Part shown: positions 18,620-28,314 of the stretch, in pieces
Position numbering within the stretch: the first letter of the stretch is position 1
Layout: each line of letters opens with the position of its first letter
NCBI GenBank assembly: GCA_028698185.1
Contig: JAQVDW010000002.1
Location: forward strand, 30,001-62,000
Source: Erysipelotrichaceae bacterium
GTDB taxonomy: Bacteria > Bacillota_I > Bacilli_A > Erysipelotrichales > Coprobacillaceae
DNA length: 32,000 nucleotides
Direction: 5' to 3'
Made by a program: the position numbers and the translations under genes
The notes under the pieces: model-generated
Seen by the model: only the letters and a program-made list of their open reading frames with translations
What the model was told of the DNA's origin: nothing
Databases searched by the model: none

Positions 18620-19967
18620 ATTTACCTCTTACTATATCTATAATTTTATCCCGGGCCATTCCCTTGAGCTGGAGGTCATATGCCTCGTCGAGTATCCGGC
18701 CGTATCTTTTTGGATCGGGAATGCCCCATTCGACAAGGTCCCGGCCCCGCAGATAAGGCTCCAGGGCCTTCTTTCCATGTTTGGCCGTCATTTCGCTGAC
18801 GAATTTCGTCACCAGCTTGTAATCGAGATAACCTTCTTTTTTCCGGCCCAGTTTGTCGCACTTGGTCAGCAGGAACAATTCATCGAGACTTACCGCAGGT
18901 TCGATATCCTTGAGCAATCTGAGGTAATTGTAGTCCTGGTTGGACTTCCGGGCCATATTCATCAGACTCATGTGGTATCTGATCATGACCTTGAGATATT
19001 TGGCCATCTCCTTGTTTTTGATCAGGTCGCTTAGCTGCTGGTCAAAAACCTCGACCCCGACCTGGGCATGATAAGGGGCATGGAGATCGCTTGTAGTGAC
19101 CTCAGGTTTCCCGATGTCATGCAGGAAGTTGGCCCACATGAAATAACTCGGGTTAGAAGTCTTTTGTTTTACCAGGGAAGCCAGCTCCACCACCATTATC
19201 GTGTGATTCAAAACATTCCCTTCAGGATGGTAGTCTAACCTTTGCATCGTCGTTTCCTGATCCTGCAAAGGTTTGAGAAGACCGTTTATTTCCCGCAGGA
19301 AGCTGATGCCGCTGCCGGGATATGGCCCCAAAAGCATCTTGTCATATTCGTGGAATATTCTCTCATTCGAAAGATATTCAAGTTCGTTTGCCGCCACGAG
19401 TTTTCGGCATTCCTCCCTGGTCTTCTGGTCAGGTTTGAAATTGAAGCGAGCCATGAACTGGGCCAATCTTAGAACCCGCAGGGGATCTTCCTTGAAAGTC
19501 TCCTGGGAAACCATCCTCAAGGTCCTGTCCCGCAGGTCCTTCTGGCCAGAATAGGGGTCATGGATCGATCCGGTTTTATATTCGACATAAATCGCATTAA
19601 TGGTGAAGTCCCGGCGTCTGGCCGCCTTTTCAATGTCAAACTCGTCAAGCAGTTTTATCTCGAACTCCTGATGGCTTTTGCCGATTTTGATCTCCTGGCG
19701 CGCCAAAGCGAAATCGACCTCCGGAAAAATATCCAGTTTCAAAATCCCATAAGCCCGCCCCACTTGCGATACAACTCCAAATTTCTCCAGCACAACTTTA
19801 AGCCGGTCCAAGTCAAAACAGAAGATTTCAAGATCGATGTCATTGCTTGGCCAGCTCTCCTCCATCAAGTAATCGCGGACATAGCCTCCCACAAAGAATA
19901 TGCGGCCGCCATTGCGCTCAATCTCATCAAGAACTTCTTCAAGTTCCCAAGAAAGGTCAAATTTCAC
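18609..19967 (-). CDS. cca: Class II tRNA nucleotidyltransferase (CCA-adding type head) fused to a C-terminal HD domain
   Basis: 452 aa with a GTG start preceded by GGAG. The head motifs are [11 protein letters not shown]...NDIDLE (A), RRDFTINA (B) and [16 protein letters not shown] (D, EDxxR). The HD domain is marked by NHTIMV...FLHDIGKP. It overlaps the uvrB stop by 11 nt and the uvrA start by 11 nt. Confidence 0.7.
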   Translation of the reverse strand: MKFDLSWELEEVLDEIERNGGRIFFVGGYVRDYLMEESWPSNDIDLEIFCFDLDRLKVVLEKFGVVSQVGRAYGILKLDIFPEVDFALARQEIKIGKSHQEFEIKLLDEFDIEKAARRRDFTINAIYVEYKTGSIHDPYSGQKDLRDRTLRMVSQETFKEDPLRVLRLAQFMARFNFKPDQKTREECRKLVAANELEYLSNERIFHEYDKMLLGPYPGSGISFLREINGLLKPLQDQETTMQRLDYHPEGNVLNHTIMVVELASLVKQKTSNPSYFMWANFLHDIGKPEVTTSDLHAPYHAQVGVEVFDQQLSDLIKNKEMAKYLKVMIRYHMSLMNMARKSNQDYNYLRLLKDIEPAVSLDELFLLTKCDKLGRKKEGYLDYKLVTKFVSEMTAKHGKKALEPYLRGRDLVEWGIPDPKRYGRILDEAYDLQLKGMARDKIIDIVRGKYGK

Positions 19968-21930
19968 CTTGGAGCTCCAGGATTATATCCCGCAATTCCA
20001 TCGCCCGCTCGAAATCCAGTTCCTTTGCGGCCTGGCGCATCTGTTTTTCCAAATCGGCCACCAGAACCTGACGTTCTTTTTTTGTCGCCCCTTTGGATTT
20101 TTTTAGCAGCGATGTTGCCTTGTCGATCTGCTCGAAGCCATGGATTGCTTCTCTGATTTCCTTCTTGATGGTGGTAGGAGTTATGTTGTGCTCTTGGTTG
20201 TACGCCATTTGGATCCCACGGCGTCTTTGGGTCTCGTCGATGGCATATTGCATCGAATCGGTTATCTTGTCACCATACATTATGACCTGACCATTGCTGT
20301 TGCGGGCCGCCCGTCCGATTGTCTGGATCAGTGACCGGTTCGAACGCAGGAATCCTTCCTTGTCGGCGTCGAGGATACACACCAGTGACACCTCGGGCAA
20401 ATCAAGCCCCTCACGAAGGAGGTTGATTCCGATCAGGACATCATATTTCCCCAAACGGAGGTCGCGCAGAATCTGCGTCCGCTCCAGGGTCTTGGTGTCG
20501 CTGTGCAGGTATGATACTTTTAGTCCGACTTCCTTCAAGTAAGCGGCTAGGTCTTCAGCCATCCGCTTGGTCAAGGTGGTGATCAAGACCCTTTCGTTGC
20601 GGTCAATCCGGATATTTATCTCGGAAATGATGTCGTCGATCTGGTTCTTGGTCGGCCGGATTGAAATGACCGGATCAAGAAGCCCGGTCGGCCGGATTAT
20701 CTGTTGGACAAAATCGTTATTGACCGCATTGAGCTCATAGTCACCTGGAGTCGCCGAAACATAGATGGCCTGGTTGATCAGCTCCTCGAATTCCTCGAAG
20801 CGCAGCGGCCGGTTGTCGAGCGCGCTAGGCAGACGGAATCCGTATTCCACAAGGGTCTCCTTGCGGGCCCGGTCGCCGTTGTACATGCCCCGGATCTGGG
20901 GCAGCATCACATGCGATTCGTCCACGACAACAAGAAAATCATCAGGGAAATAATCGATAAGGCAATATGGCCTCTCGCCTGGCTGGCGGCGGTCGATATG
21001 GCGGGAGTAGTTTTCGATGCCCGGACATATTCCGACTTCCCGCAACAGTTCGATGTCATGACGGGTTCTTTGTTCAAGCCGCTCATGTTCAAGAAGCTTG
21101 TTATCTTTTTTGAGCTCGCCCAGGCGTTCTTCCAGTTCGTTCTCTATGTCATTGGCTGCCTTCGCCAGCACTTCCTTGGTGGTAACATAGCCGTCCGCCG
21201 GATAGATCGTATAGGTCTTGAAGTTGCCTAGAACGGCTCCAGTCAGTGGATCGACCTCGCTGATCCGTTCGACGGTATCCCCGAATAGCTCGATTCTTAT
21301 TTTGTAGGCATCGCTGTGGCCCGGAATGATTTCAATAACATCGCCGCGGACCCGGAATGTCCCTTTTGTCTGTTCAATATCGTTGCGGTGGTACTGGCGG
21401 TCGACAAGATAAGTGAGCAATTCATTGCGGTCAATCTCCTGATCGACACGCAGTGAGAAAATCATCTCTTTGTACTGGGCGGGGTTCCCCAACCCATAGA
21501 TCGATGCGACCGAAGCGACCACGATGACGTCATCACGTTCGATCAGGGAGTTCATTGCGGCTGCCCGAAGCATCTCGATTTCATAATTGGTTTTCGAGTT
21601 CTTGTCGATATAGAGGTCGCGGCCGGGTATGTAGGCCTCCGGTTGGTAGAAATCGAAGTTTGAGATGAAGTATTCGACCCGATTTTCCGGGAAGAACTCC
21701 TTGAGCTCCGAATACAGTTGGCCCGCCAGCGTCTTGTTGTGCGCCAAAACCAGGGTCGGTTTCTGCACCTGGGCAATCACGTTGGAAACCGTGAAGGTTT
21801 TCCCGGTACCTGTACCGCCAAGGAGAACCTGTTCCTTTTTCCCGGATCTGATCCCCGCCACCAGTTCCTTTATCGCTTCAATTTGGTCCCCCATTGGTTT
21901 AAAGGGAGAGACTAGTTTAAATTCTGGCAT
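19957..21930 (-). CDS. uvrB: Excinuclease ABC subunit B
   Basis: 657 aa with helicase motif I ([11 protein letters not shown]), DESH and the C-terminal UVR domain ([12 protein letters not shown]). An AGGTGA RBS is present. Confidence 0.95.
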   Translation of the reverse strand: MPEFKLVSPFKPMGDQIEAIKELVAGIRSGKKEQVLLGGTGTGKTFTVSNVIAQVQKPTLVLAHNKTLAGQLYSELKEFFPENRVEYFISNFDFYQPEAYIPGRDLYIDKNSKTNYEIEMLRAAAMNSLIERDDVIVVASVASIYGLGNPAQYKEMIFSLRVDQEIDRNELLTYLVDRQYHRNDIEQTKGTFRVRGDVIEIIPGHSDAYKIRIELFGDTVERISEVDPLTGAVLGNFKTYTIYPADGYVTTKEVLAKAANDIENELEERLGELKKDNKLLEHERLEQRTRHDIELLREVGICPGIENYSRHIDRRQPGERPYCLIDYFPDDFLVVVDESHVMLPQIRGMYNGDRARKETLVEYGFRLPSALDNRPLRFEEFEELINQAIYVSATPGDYELNAVNNDFVQQIIRPTGLLDPVISIRPTKNQIDDIISEINIRIDRNERVLITTLTKRMAEDLAAYLKEVGLKVSYLHSDTKTLERTQILRDLRLGKYDVLIGINLLREGLDLPEVSLVCILDADKEGFLRSNRSLIQTIGRAARNSNGQVIMYGDKITDSMQYAIDETQRRRGIQMAYNQEHNITPTTIKKEIREAIHGFEQIDKATSLLKKSKGATKKERQVLVADLEKQMRQAAKELDFERAMELRDIILELQGEI

Positions 21931-21938
21931 ATTATCAC

Positions 21939-23348
21939 CTACTTTATCAATTCAATAACCTTATTATATATATTGTCATTTGTCTCCAGCGAAACAAAAT
22001 TCAAAGACTTGGAAATCACCGCCAGATAAGTCTGGTTATCCAGACCAACAGTTTTGTCCAGCTCGTTGTCCGCCTGGAACTTGTTTATCGCTTCGAGAGT
22101 TCCCTGGTCGAAATAGCCGTCATCGCGGCATTGATATCCCAAGGTATTCAAGGCCAGCTGGATCGGTTTTAGCGAATCGACATCGACACAATCGAGGGCG
22201 ATGTCTTCCTCGAGCGCCATGTCATTGAAAGCAAAATCATAGCCTTCATCAACAGGAACGGCCGGTGCGATTCCCGTACCCTGGATATTGCTGCCATTTG
22301 GCAGGTACCATTTGGCATAAGTGTATTTCAAGGTGGCCCCATCGGTCAGGGGCACGGACACCTGGGCGATCCCTTTGCCAAAGGTGGTGTCACCGACAGT
22401 GACGTAACCCAGATTGTCGACCAGCGATCCGGCCAAAATCTCGGCAGCCGATGCAGTTGCGTCATTGATCAGGATATAGCCCTTTTTGAAGGACGTGATT
22501 ACATCCCCGCTGCTGTAATAATCCTTGAGCGGATTGTCATTTGTCTCGATCGAATAGATAAGCCCCCCCTCTTCGACGAAAAGATTGAGGATGTCGCTGC
22601 AGGCGCTGATCAACCCTCCGCCGTTGGAACGCAGATCGATGACCAGGGTCGTGACATTGTTGTCCGCGAACAGTTCCAGGCCGTCCTTGACTTCCTGAGC
22701 CGTCTCTTCGCCAAATGTGTTTATCTCCAGATAACCAAAAGTCTGGTCGCCTGCCTGGCGAATGCTGGCGATGGATGCTGTAGCGATGTATTCCCGGGTG
22801 ATTGCAACTTCCCTGACTATGCTTAGGTATTCCACCTGAAGCTTGGCCACAGTTCCCTGTTCTCCGGTGATCAAATCCTTCATTTGCTGGGCCGTGAGGC
22901 CTTCAAGCACGCTGCCGTCACTGGAAATTATGATGTCTCCGGCTTTGAGGTCTGTCTGGCTGGCTGGTGAATTGTTGACAACCTGTGTGATCATTGCCCC
23001 TTTTTCTATGGCGATGAAATTGACCCCGATCCCAATCAGGCTCCCATCCATCGAGGCATTGAAAATCGCGGTCTGTTCCGTAGTCATGTAGCTGCTGTAC
23101 TTGTCATTCAACCCGGAAACAAGTCCGGCCGCAGCCGCCTGTTGGAAGTCGATTTCCTCATTGGGATTGAGCCATTTTTCCTCCAGGATTTCGTAAATCT
23201 CGCTGATTGTATTGACTCCATTGTTGGCTATGATGACCGGATGGGATTGGGACACGAAATATCCCGCCAGAAAACTCAGGGTGACAATCACCAGGATACC
23301 GGCAATTATCCGCCCGTACCGATACTTGCGTTTGTTTGTTCGCTTCAT
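21939..23348 (-). CDS. S41-family carboxy-terminal processing peptidase with PDZ domain and C-terminal peptidoglycan-binding (PG_binding_1-like) domain
   Basis: It has an N-terminal signal anchor ([19 protein letters not shown]), a PDZ-like segment (GDIIISSDG), S41 motifs ([24 protein letters not shown]) and a C-terminal LALNTLGY...[16 protein letters not shown] place the start at the ATG at 23348, preceded by AAGGAG. The longer track ORF lacks an RBS. Confidence 0.85.
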   Translation of the reverse strand: MKRTNKRKYRYGRIIAGILVIVTLSFLAGYFVSQSHPVIIANNGVNTISEIYEILEEKWLNPNEEIDFQQAAAAGLVSGLNDKYSSYMTTEQTAIFNASMDGSLIGIGVNFIAIEKGAMITQVVNNSPASQTDLKAGDIIISSDGSVLEGLTAQQMKDLITGEQGTVAKLQVEYLSIVREVAITREYIATASIASIRQAGDQTFGYLEINTFGEETAQEVKDGLELFADNNVTTLVIDLRSNGGGLISACSDILNLFVEEGGLIYSIETNDNPLKDYYSSGDVITSFKKGYILINDATASAAEILAGSLVDNLGYVTVGDTTFGKGIAQVSVPLTDGATLKYTYAKWYLPNGSNIQGTGIAPAVPVDEGYDFAFNDMALEEDIALDCVDVDSLKPIQLALNTLGYQCRDDGYFDQGTLEAINKFQADNELDKTVGLDNQTYLAVISKSLNFVSLETNDNIYNKVIELIK

Positions 23349-23442
23349 AAATTGCTCCTTATTATACTCTTTTAGTTTACCACAAACTAATTCAGATAAA
23401 AAATAAAACGCCAAAATATCGTGGCAAATATCGATTGGACGC

Positions 23443-23465
23443 AAAAAAAGACCGGCGAGGGTCTT
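23443..23465 (-). terminator. Intrinsic terminator of gap
   Basis: The minus strand reads AAGACC-cucgcc-GGUCUU followed by UUUUUU, about 20 nt after the gap stop. Confidence 0.8.
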
Positions 23466-23487
23466 TTCTTGTTAGCTAAATAATGGT

Positions 23488-24501
23488 TTATGCTAATTCA
23501 GCGAAATATTTGATTGTTCTAACCATTTGGCTAGTGTATGAGTTTTCGTTGTCATACCATGAAACTGTTTGAACTTGGCTATTTCCATCTTCCATTACAG
23601 TTACCATAGTTTGAGTAGCGTCGAAGATTGATCCGTAAGTTGAACCAACGATGTCAGCAGAAACGATTGGGTCAGTGTTGTAAGCGTATGAATCGTTAGC
23701 AGCAGCTTTCATTGCAGCGTTAACTTCATCAACAGTCACTTTACCTTCAACAACTGAGATCAAGATTGTTGTAGATCCAGTTGGAGTTGGGATACGTTGT
23801 GCAGATCCGATTAATTTTCCATCTAATTCTGGGATTACTAATCCGATTGCTTTTGCAGCACCTGTAGAAGAAGGAACGATTGAAACAGCTCCAGCACGAG
23901 CTCTTCTTAAATCCCCACCTCTATGAGGTCCGTCCAATAACATTTGGTCACCAGTGTAAGCATGAACTGTAGTCATGATACCTGATTTGATTGGAGCTAA
24001 TTTGTTTAAAGCGTTAGCCATAGGAGCTAAGCAGTTTGTAGTACAAGAAGCTGCTGAGATGATTTTGTCATCTGCAGTCAAGATTCCTTCGTTTACACCG
24101 AATACAACTGTTGGTAAGTCGTTTCCAGCTGGAGCTGAGATAACTACTTTTTTAGCACCTGCATCGATATGAGCTTGAGATTTAGCTTTTGAAGTATAGA
24201 ATCCAGTACATTCTAATACTACATCAACACCTAATTCTCCCCATGGTAATTCAGCTGCGTTTGATTTAGCAAAGATTTTGATTTCTTTACCATCAACAGT
24301 GATTGAATCTTCACCAGCAACAACTTTGTCTGCTAATGCATATTTACCTTGAGCTGAATCATATTTTAATAAATGAGCCAACATTTTAGGAGCTGTCAAA
24401 TCGTTGATCGCTACTACTTCATAACCTTCTGCACCAAACATTTGTCTGAATGCTAGACGTCCAATACGTCCGAAACCATTAATCGCTACTTTTACTGCCA
24501 T
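23488..24501 (-). CDS. gap: Glyceraldehyde-3-phosphate dehydrogenase (type I)
   Basis: [18 protein letters not shown] and the active-site SCTTNCLAP are present. I place the start at the ATG at 24501, preceded by AAGGAGGA. Codon usage is strongly biased toward A/T-ending codons, unlike the neighbouring genes. Confidence 0.95.
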   Translation of the reverse strand: MAVKVAINGFGRIGRLAFRQMFGAEGYEVVAINDLTAPKMLAHLLKYDSAQGKYALADKVVAGEDSITVDGKEIKIFAKSNAAELPWGELGVDVVLECTGFYTSKAKSQAHIDAGAKKVVISAPAGNDLPTVVFGVNEGILTADDKIISAASCTTNCLAPMANALNKLAPIKSGIMTTVHAYTGDQMLLDGPHRGGDLRRARAGAVSIVPSSTGAAKAIGLVIPELDGKLIGSAQRIPTPTGSTTILISVVEGKVTVDEVNAAMKAAANDSYAYNTDPIVSADIVGSTYGSIFDATQTMVTVMEDGNSQVQTVSWYDNENSYTSQMVRTIKYFAELA

Positions 24502-24531
24502 TAATAAATCCTCCTTATATTTTATGCCTAC

Positions 24532-24560
24532 ATTATAATGCAACACTTCTACAAAAGCAA
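24532..24560 (-). promoter_or_regulatory. Putative sigma-A promoter of gap
   Basis: On the minus strand, TTGCTT (24555-24560) is followed by a 17-nt spacer and TATAAT (24532-24537), about 30 nt upstream of the ATG. Confidence 0.6.
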
Positions 24561-24573
24561 CCTGTTTTCATTT

Positions 24574-24596
24574 TTGTAAAGGTTTACAATTGTAAA
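24574..24596. promoter_or_regulatory. Overlapping palindromes including a near-consensus cre-like 14-mer, upstream of the gap promoter
   Basis: There are three alternating half-sites: TTGTAAA (24574-24580), TTTACAA (24583-24589) and TTGTAAA (24590-24596). TGTAAAGGTTTACA (24575-24588) matches the cre consensus TGWAANCGNTNWCA at 13 of 14 positions. TTTACAATTGTAAA (24583-24596) is a perfect 14-bp palindrome. Confidence 0.45.
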
Positions 24597-24682
24597 TTTT
24601 AGTAATTTTTTCACAAGGATTTAGGGTTTTTGACTATATCGTAAACATTTTTTTGGATATATCCATGAAAATGCCCGAAATG

Positions 24683-24720
24683 AAAAAATCCTGAGATCGA
24701 ATCGCTTCAATCTTAGGATT
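24683..24720 (-). terminator. Intrinsic terminator of rpoE
   Basis: The minus strand reads AAUCCUAAGAU-loop-AUCUCAGGAUU followed by UUUU(U)CAUUU, about 10 nt after the rpoE stop. Confidence 0.75.
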
Positions 24721-24731
24721 TGTGCCGGTCA

Positions 24732-25061
24732 TTAATCGTCGTAATTTTCTTGGTCGATGGATTCGTCTTCTTCCTCTTCCTCGATCTCTTCTTCTTCATC
24801 GCTGTAGATGTCGTTCATGTCGATATGAACTTCCTCGAACAGATGGCGTTCCCTTAGATCCCAGTAGTTTTCACCTACTGTGATAAAGCGTCCATCAAGC
24901 GTGATGTTCGTGTAGAATAAGCTTCTTTTTTCATCGATATCGTCGAACGTGAAATCACGCAACTTTTGGATTTCTTCAAATATTTTATAAAAGCTTAACG
25001 CCCCCGAGGCTTCGATTAGAATGTCATAAGCAATATCGGTCATTGATTTAATATTTTCCAT
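24732..25061 (-). CDS. rpoE: DNA-directed RNA polymerase delta subunit
   Basis: It has the HARE-HTH-like N-domain (MTDIAYDILIE...LSFYKIFEEI...FYTNITLDGRFITVGENYWDLRE) followed by an acidic tail (SDEEEEIEEEEEDESIDQENYDD). I place the start at the ATG at 25061, preceded by GGAGAA. It lies 10 nt downstream of argS. Confidence 0.85.
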   Translation of the reverse strand: MENIKSMTDIAYDILIEASGALSFYKIFEEIQKLRDFTFDDIDEKRSLFYTNITLDGRFITVGENYWDLRERHLFEEVHIDMNDIYSDEEEEIEEEEEDESIDQENYDD

Positions 25062-25071
25062 TGTATTCTCC

Positions 25072-26733
25072 TTACATTTTTTCCGGGGCACTGACACCCA
25101 ACAGATTCAAAGCGTTTTTCAATGTGATTTTGGTAGCCTTCACCAATGCCAGACGTTGGGCTGACAATTCTTCATTGTCTTTGTCAATTACATGGCATTC
25201 ATTGTAGAAGCTGTGAAACAGGGCCGCCAGTTTCTGGATGTAGTTGGCCACTTTATGGGGAGCCCGATTGCGTGCAGCTTCACTGATTTCATTTGGGAAT
25301 TCATTGATGATCTGGCACAACTCGATTTCCTTTGGATGAACCAGAAGATCGTAGGTCTCACCCACAGGAATATTATTGTCTTTTGCCTGCTGGAGAATGG
25401 ATGTCATTCTGGCATGGGCGTATTGAGCATAATATACCGGGTTTTCATTGGATTTAGATTTAGCCAAAGTCAGGTCGAAGTCGAAATGGCTGTTTGCCGC
25501 TTTGGACACGAAGAAATATCTTGTCGCATCCACCCCGATTTCTTCAATCAGGTTCTTGATGGTGATGGCATTTCCGGTTCTTTTCGACATTTTAACTTCC
25601 TGGCCGTTCTCTACCATTCTTACCATCTGGATGATGTCGATGTTGAGCTGATCGGCATTGTAGCCTAGAGCCTGGATCGCCGCCTTCATCCTGTTGATGT
25701 AGCCATGGTGGTCAGCCCCCAACAAGTCGACGAGATACTCATATCCCCGGTCCAGTTTGTTTAGATGGTAAGCGATATCCGGAGTCAGATAAGTGTAGGT
25801 ACCGTCGGATTTGATCAATACCCGGTCCTTGTCATCGCTAAAATCAGTCGACCGGAACCAAAGCGCGCCGTCTTCCTGGTAGGTGTATCCGGCAGCCGTC
25901 AACTTTTCGATTGCCGGAACAATCTTATTATCATCATATAGCGAAGTCTCCGAGAACCAATTGTCGAACTCGACCCGGTACTCTTTCAGTACTTCCTTGA
26001 TTTTTTCCAATTCATAGAATTTGCCGCGTTCCTTGAAGAATTCAAGAGCCTCAGCTTCAGGAGCAGTCAGATATTTGTCGCCAACTTCGTCTTTCAATTT
26101 AAGTGCAATATCGATTATGTCCTGGCCATGGTAACCGTCATCGGGAAGCTTGATGTCTTGGCCGAAGCTTTCAAGATAACGGGCATAAAGTGAAATCGCC
26201 AGATTCTGGATTTGGTTTCCAGCGTCGTTGATATAGTATTCTCGGGTTACATCGTATCCGGCAAATGACATGATCCGGCAGATTGAATCGCCTACAGCTG
26301 CCCCTTTGGCATGGCCAAGGTGCAGGTCGCCGGTCGGATTGGCCGAAACAAACTCGACATTGTACTTGGCCTGCGCTCCCGCGTTTGTCCTTCCATAGTC
26401 GTCACCGGCGTCGATTACCGTTTTGATGACAGCACTGATTGCCGTCTTTTTCATTATTATGTTGATGAATCCCGGCCCGGCGATTGCCAATTCCTCAATT
26501 TCAAATTTTTCCTTGTCCACATTGGCGATGATCGCCCCAGCGATTTCCCGTGGATTCTTCCGAAGAAGCTTGGTCAGCTGCATTGCTATATTCGTCGCAT
26601 AATCCCCATGGTTTTTATCCTTCGGAATTTCAATGGTAATTGTCGTCTCGTCATATTCTTGACAAAATCCGCTCTTGATCAAGGCATCCTTGAATGCGAT
26701 TTGTAAAGAGTGTTCGATTTTATTAGTTGGCAT
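25072..26733 (-). CDS. argS: Arginine--tRNA ligase
   Basis: It has the class I HIGH-type motif (SANPTGDLHLGHAKGA), the MSKR variant of KMSKS and a C-terminal DALR anticodon-binding domain. I place the start at the ATG at 26733, preceded by AAGGAGGAG. Confidence 0.93.
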   Translation of the reverse strand: MPTNKIEHSLQIAFKDALIKSGFCQEYDETTITIEIPKDKNHGDYATNIAMQLTKLLRKNPREIAGAIIANVDKEKFEIEELAIAGPGFINIIMKKTAISAVIKTVIDAGDDYGRTNAGAQAKYNVEFVSANPTGDLHLGHAKGAAVGDSICRIMSFAGYDVTREYYINDAGNQIQNLAISLYARYLESFGQDIKLPDDGYHGQDIIDIALKLKDEVGDKYLTAPEAEALEFFKERGKFYELEKIKEVLKEYRVEFDNWFSETSLYDDNKIVPAIEKLTAAGYTYQEDGALWFRSTDFSDDKDRVLIKSDGTYTYLTPDIAYHLNKLDRGYEYLVDLLGADHHGYINRMKAAIQALGYNADQLNIDIIQMVRMVENGQEVKMSKRTGNAITIKNLIEEIGVDATRYFFVSKAANSHFDFDLTLAKSKSNENPVYYAQYAHARMTSILQQAKDNNIPVGETYDLLVHPKEIELCQIINEFPNEISEAARNRAPHKVANYIQKLAALFHSFYNECHVIDKDNEELSAQRLALVKATKITLKNALNLLGVSAPEKM

Positions 26734-26802
26734 TTTTCTCCTCCTTAAAATATATCTTAATAAAGTTACCAAAAAAAAGGCTTTAAGTCAATGAAAGTTA
26801 GC

Positions 26803-28314
26803 TTATAATAGCGGTGCAAATAGCCGCAAAATGAATCCCGCCAGTTTATTGAAACGGAAACTGTCCAACTCTTTTCTAGTTATCAGCTGGCACTTGGAAA
26901 AAGTCTCGATAAAATCCTGCTTGATCGTCTCGATGGTCTTTGACTTATAGAGGATTACGCCACACTCGAAATGGAGGAAAAGGCTCCGGTAATCGAGGTT
27001 GATCGTCCCGACCACCGCCACCTTGTCATCGATGATGAAATTCTTCGAGTGGATGAATCCGGGAGTGTACTCATAGATCCTGACCCCGCCTTCAATCAGG
27101 TTCTCATAGAATGACCGGGTCACATGGTAGACCAGCTTCTTGTCCGGGATTCCCGGAGTCACAATCCGGACATCAACATCCCTTTTGACCGCCAGGGTCA
27201 GGGCCTTGTACAGGGTCTCATTCAACACCAGATAAGGCGTGAAAATATAAATGTACTTTTGGGCGTTGTTGATCAGATTCAAATAGACATTTTCTCCAAC
27301 CGGCTCGTTGTCCAGGGGACTGTCACCATAAGGAATGATGAACCCGTCGCTTTGAGTTTTCAAGTCGAATTTGCTTGGATGATACAGGAGATAGTCCTCA
27401 TATGTGTTCCGGCTGGCATTCCAGGTTGTCAAAAACATCTTGGTCAACGACCAGGTAGCCAATCCCTCGATTCTGACCCCGGCATCTTTCCAATGGCCAA
27501 AACGGACAATCCGGTTGATGTACTCATCGGCAATATTGAACCCGCCGCTGTAACCGATAACTCCATCGATTACCGTTATTTTCCGATGGTCGCGGTTGTT
27601 CATCGCGATTGAAAGAAACGGCACAAACGGGTTGAAGGAGACCATTTTTATTCCCGCGGCTTTCATCCTTTTGAAAAGAGCTTTCTTACCCCATCCGATC
27701 GAACCGAAGTCGTCGTACATGAAGCGGACTTCCACGCCACTTCGTGACTTTTCAATCAGAACCATCGCGATTGTGTCTAGCATAAATCCTTTGTCAACAA
27801 TGAAGTATTCCATAAATATGAAATGTTTCGCATTTTGAAGATCGAGAAGCAGATCCTCGTAATTGTCATCGCCAAGGGGATAATACTTGGACAATGTGTC
27901 ATTGTAAGTCGGGAATCCCAACCGGCTCAGATAGGAGAACTGCCCCTGGTAATCGGGTTCGATTCCCGCAGGCATCAAATAGCGGTCATTGAGGGTCAGC
28001 TCATAGCGCCCCTGTCGTTGGAAACTGTCCTGCATCTGCCGGGATGGTCTCTTGTTTCCGATGGCCAGATACATCATACCCCCGAACAATGGGGCAATGG
28101 TTATGACAATCGACCATATCAGTTTGTAGCCGGAATCCTCATCCTTATTGATTATATACAGCAAGGCGAAAAAGCTGATCACACGCAGAAAAGCGTCGAT
28201 GTAGACCGAGATGTCCGAAAGAAAGAACATCATAAGCAGGACCCAGATGAGTTGCAGCAGGATCAGCATCCCGAAGATGAAAATCTTGCTAGTTAAAATT
28301 TTGAATATTTTCAT
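26803..28314 (-). CDS. cls: Cardiolipin synthase (PLD superfamily, two HKD motifs)
   Basis: It has N-terminal TM helices, HKD1 (HRKITVIDG...GGFNI) and HKD2 (HSKNFIIDD...GTINLDYRS). The likely start is the ATG at 28314 (MKIFKIL), 9 nt after GAGGGGG. It overlaps the 3' end of the upstream DUF1934 gene. Confidence 0.85.
   Translation of the reverse strand: MKIFKILTSKIFIFGMLILLQLIWVLLMMFFLSDISVYIDAFLRVISFFALLYIINKDEDSGYKLIWSIVITIAPLFGGMMYLAIGNKRPSRQMQDSFQRQGRYELTLNDRYLMPAGIEPDYQGQFSYLSRLGFPTYNDTLSKYYPLGDDNYEDLLLDLQNAKHFIFMEYFIVDKGFMLDTIAMVLIEKSRSGVEVRFMYDDFGSIGWGKKALFKRMKAAGIKMVSFNPFVPFLSIAMNNRDHRKITVIDGVIGYSGGFNIADEYINRIVRFGHWKDAGVRIEGLATWSLTKMFLTTWNASRNTYEDYLLYHPSKFDLKTQSDGFIIPYGDSPLDNEPVGENVYLNLINNAQKYIYIFTPYLVLNETLYKALTLAVKRDVDVRIVTPGIPDKKLVYHVTRSFYENLIEGGVRIYEYTPGFIHSKNFIIDDKVAVVGTINLDYRSLFLHFECGVILYKSKTIETIKQDFIETFSKCQLITRKELDSFRFNKLAGFILRLFAPLL

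Noticed and set aside
23349-23444. N-terminal extensions of track ORFs: S41 protease (32 codons), trxB (14), gap (15), rpoE (12), argS (13), cls (11) and the HD protein (46).
   Set aside because: In each case an internal ATG preceded by a strong GGAGG-type RBS starts the conserved protein N-terminus. The extensions run through promoters or terminators.
26734-26802. Possible T-box or terminator between cls and argS, since argS is often T-box controlled in Firmicutes.
   Set aside because: The gap is only 69 nt and has no T-box core or specifier structure. It contains just a weak 4-bp hairpin before a U8 run, which is insufficient to call.
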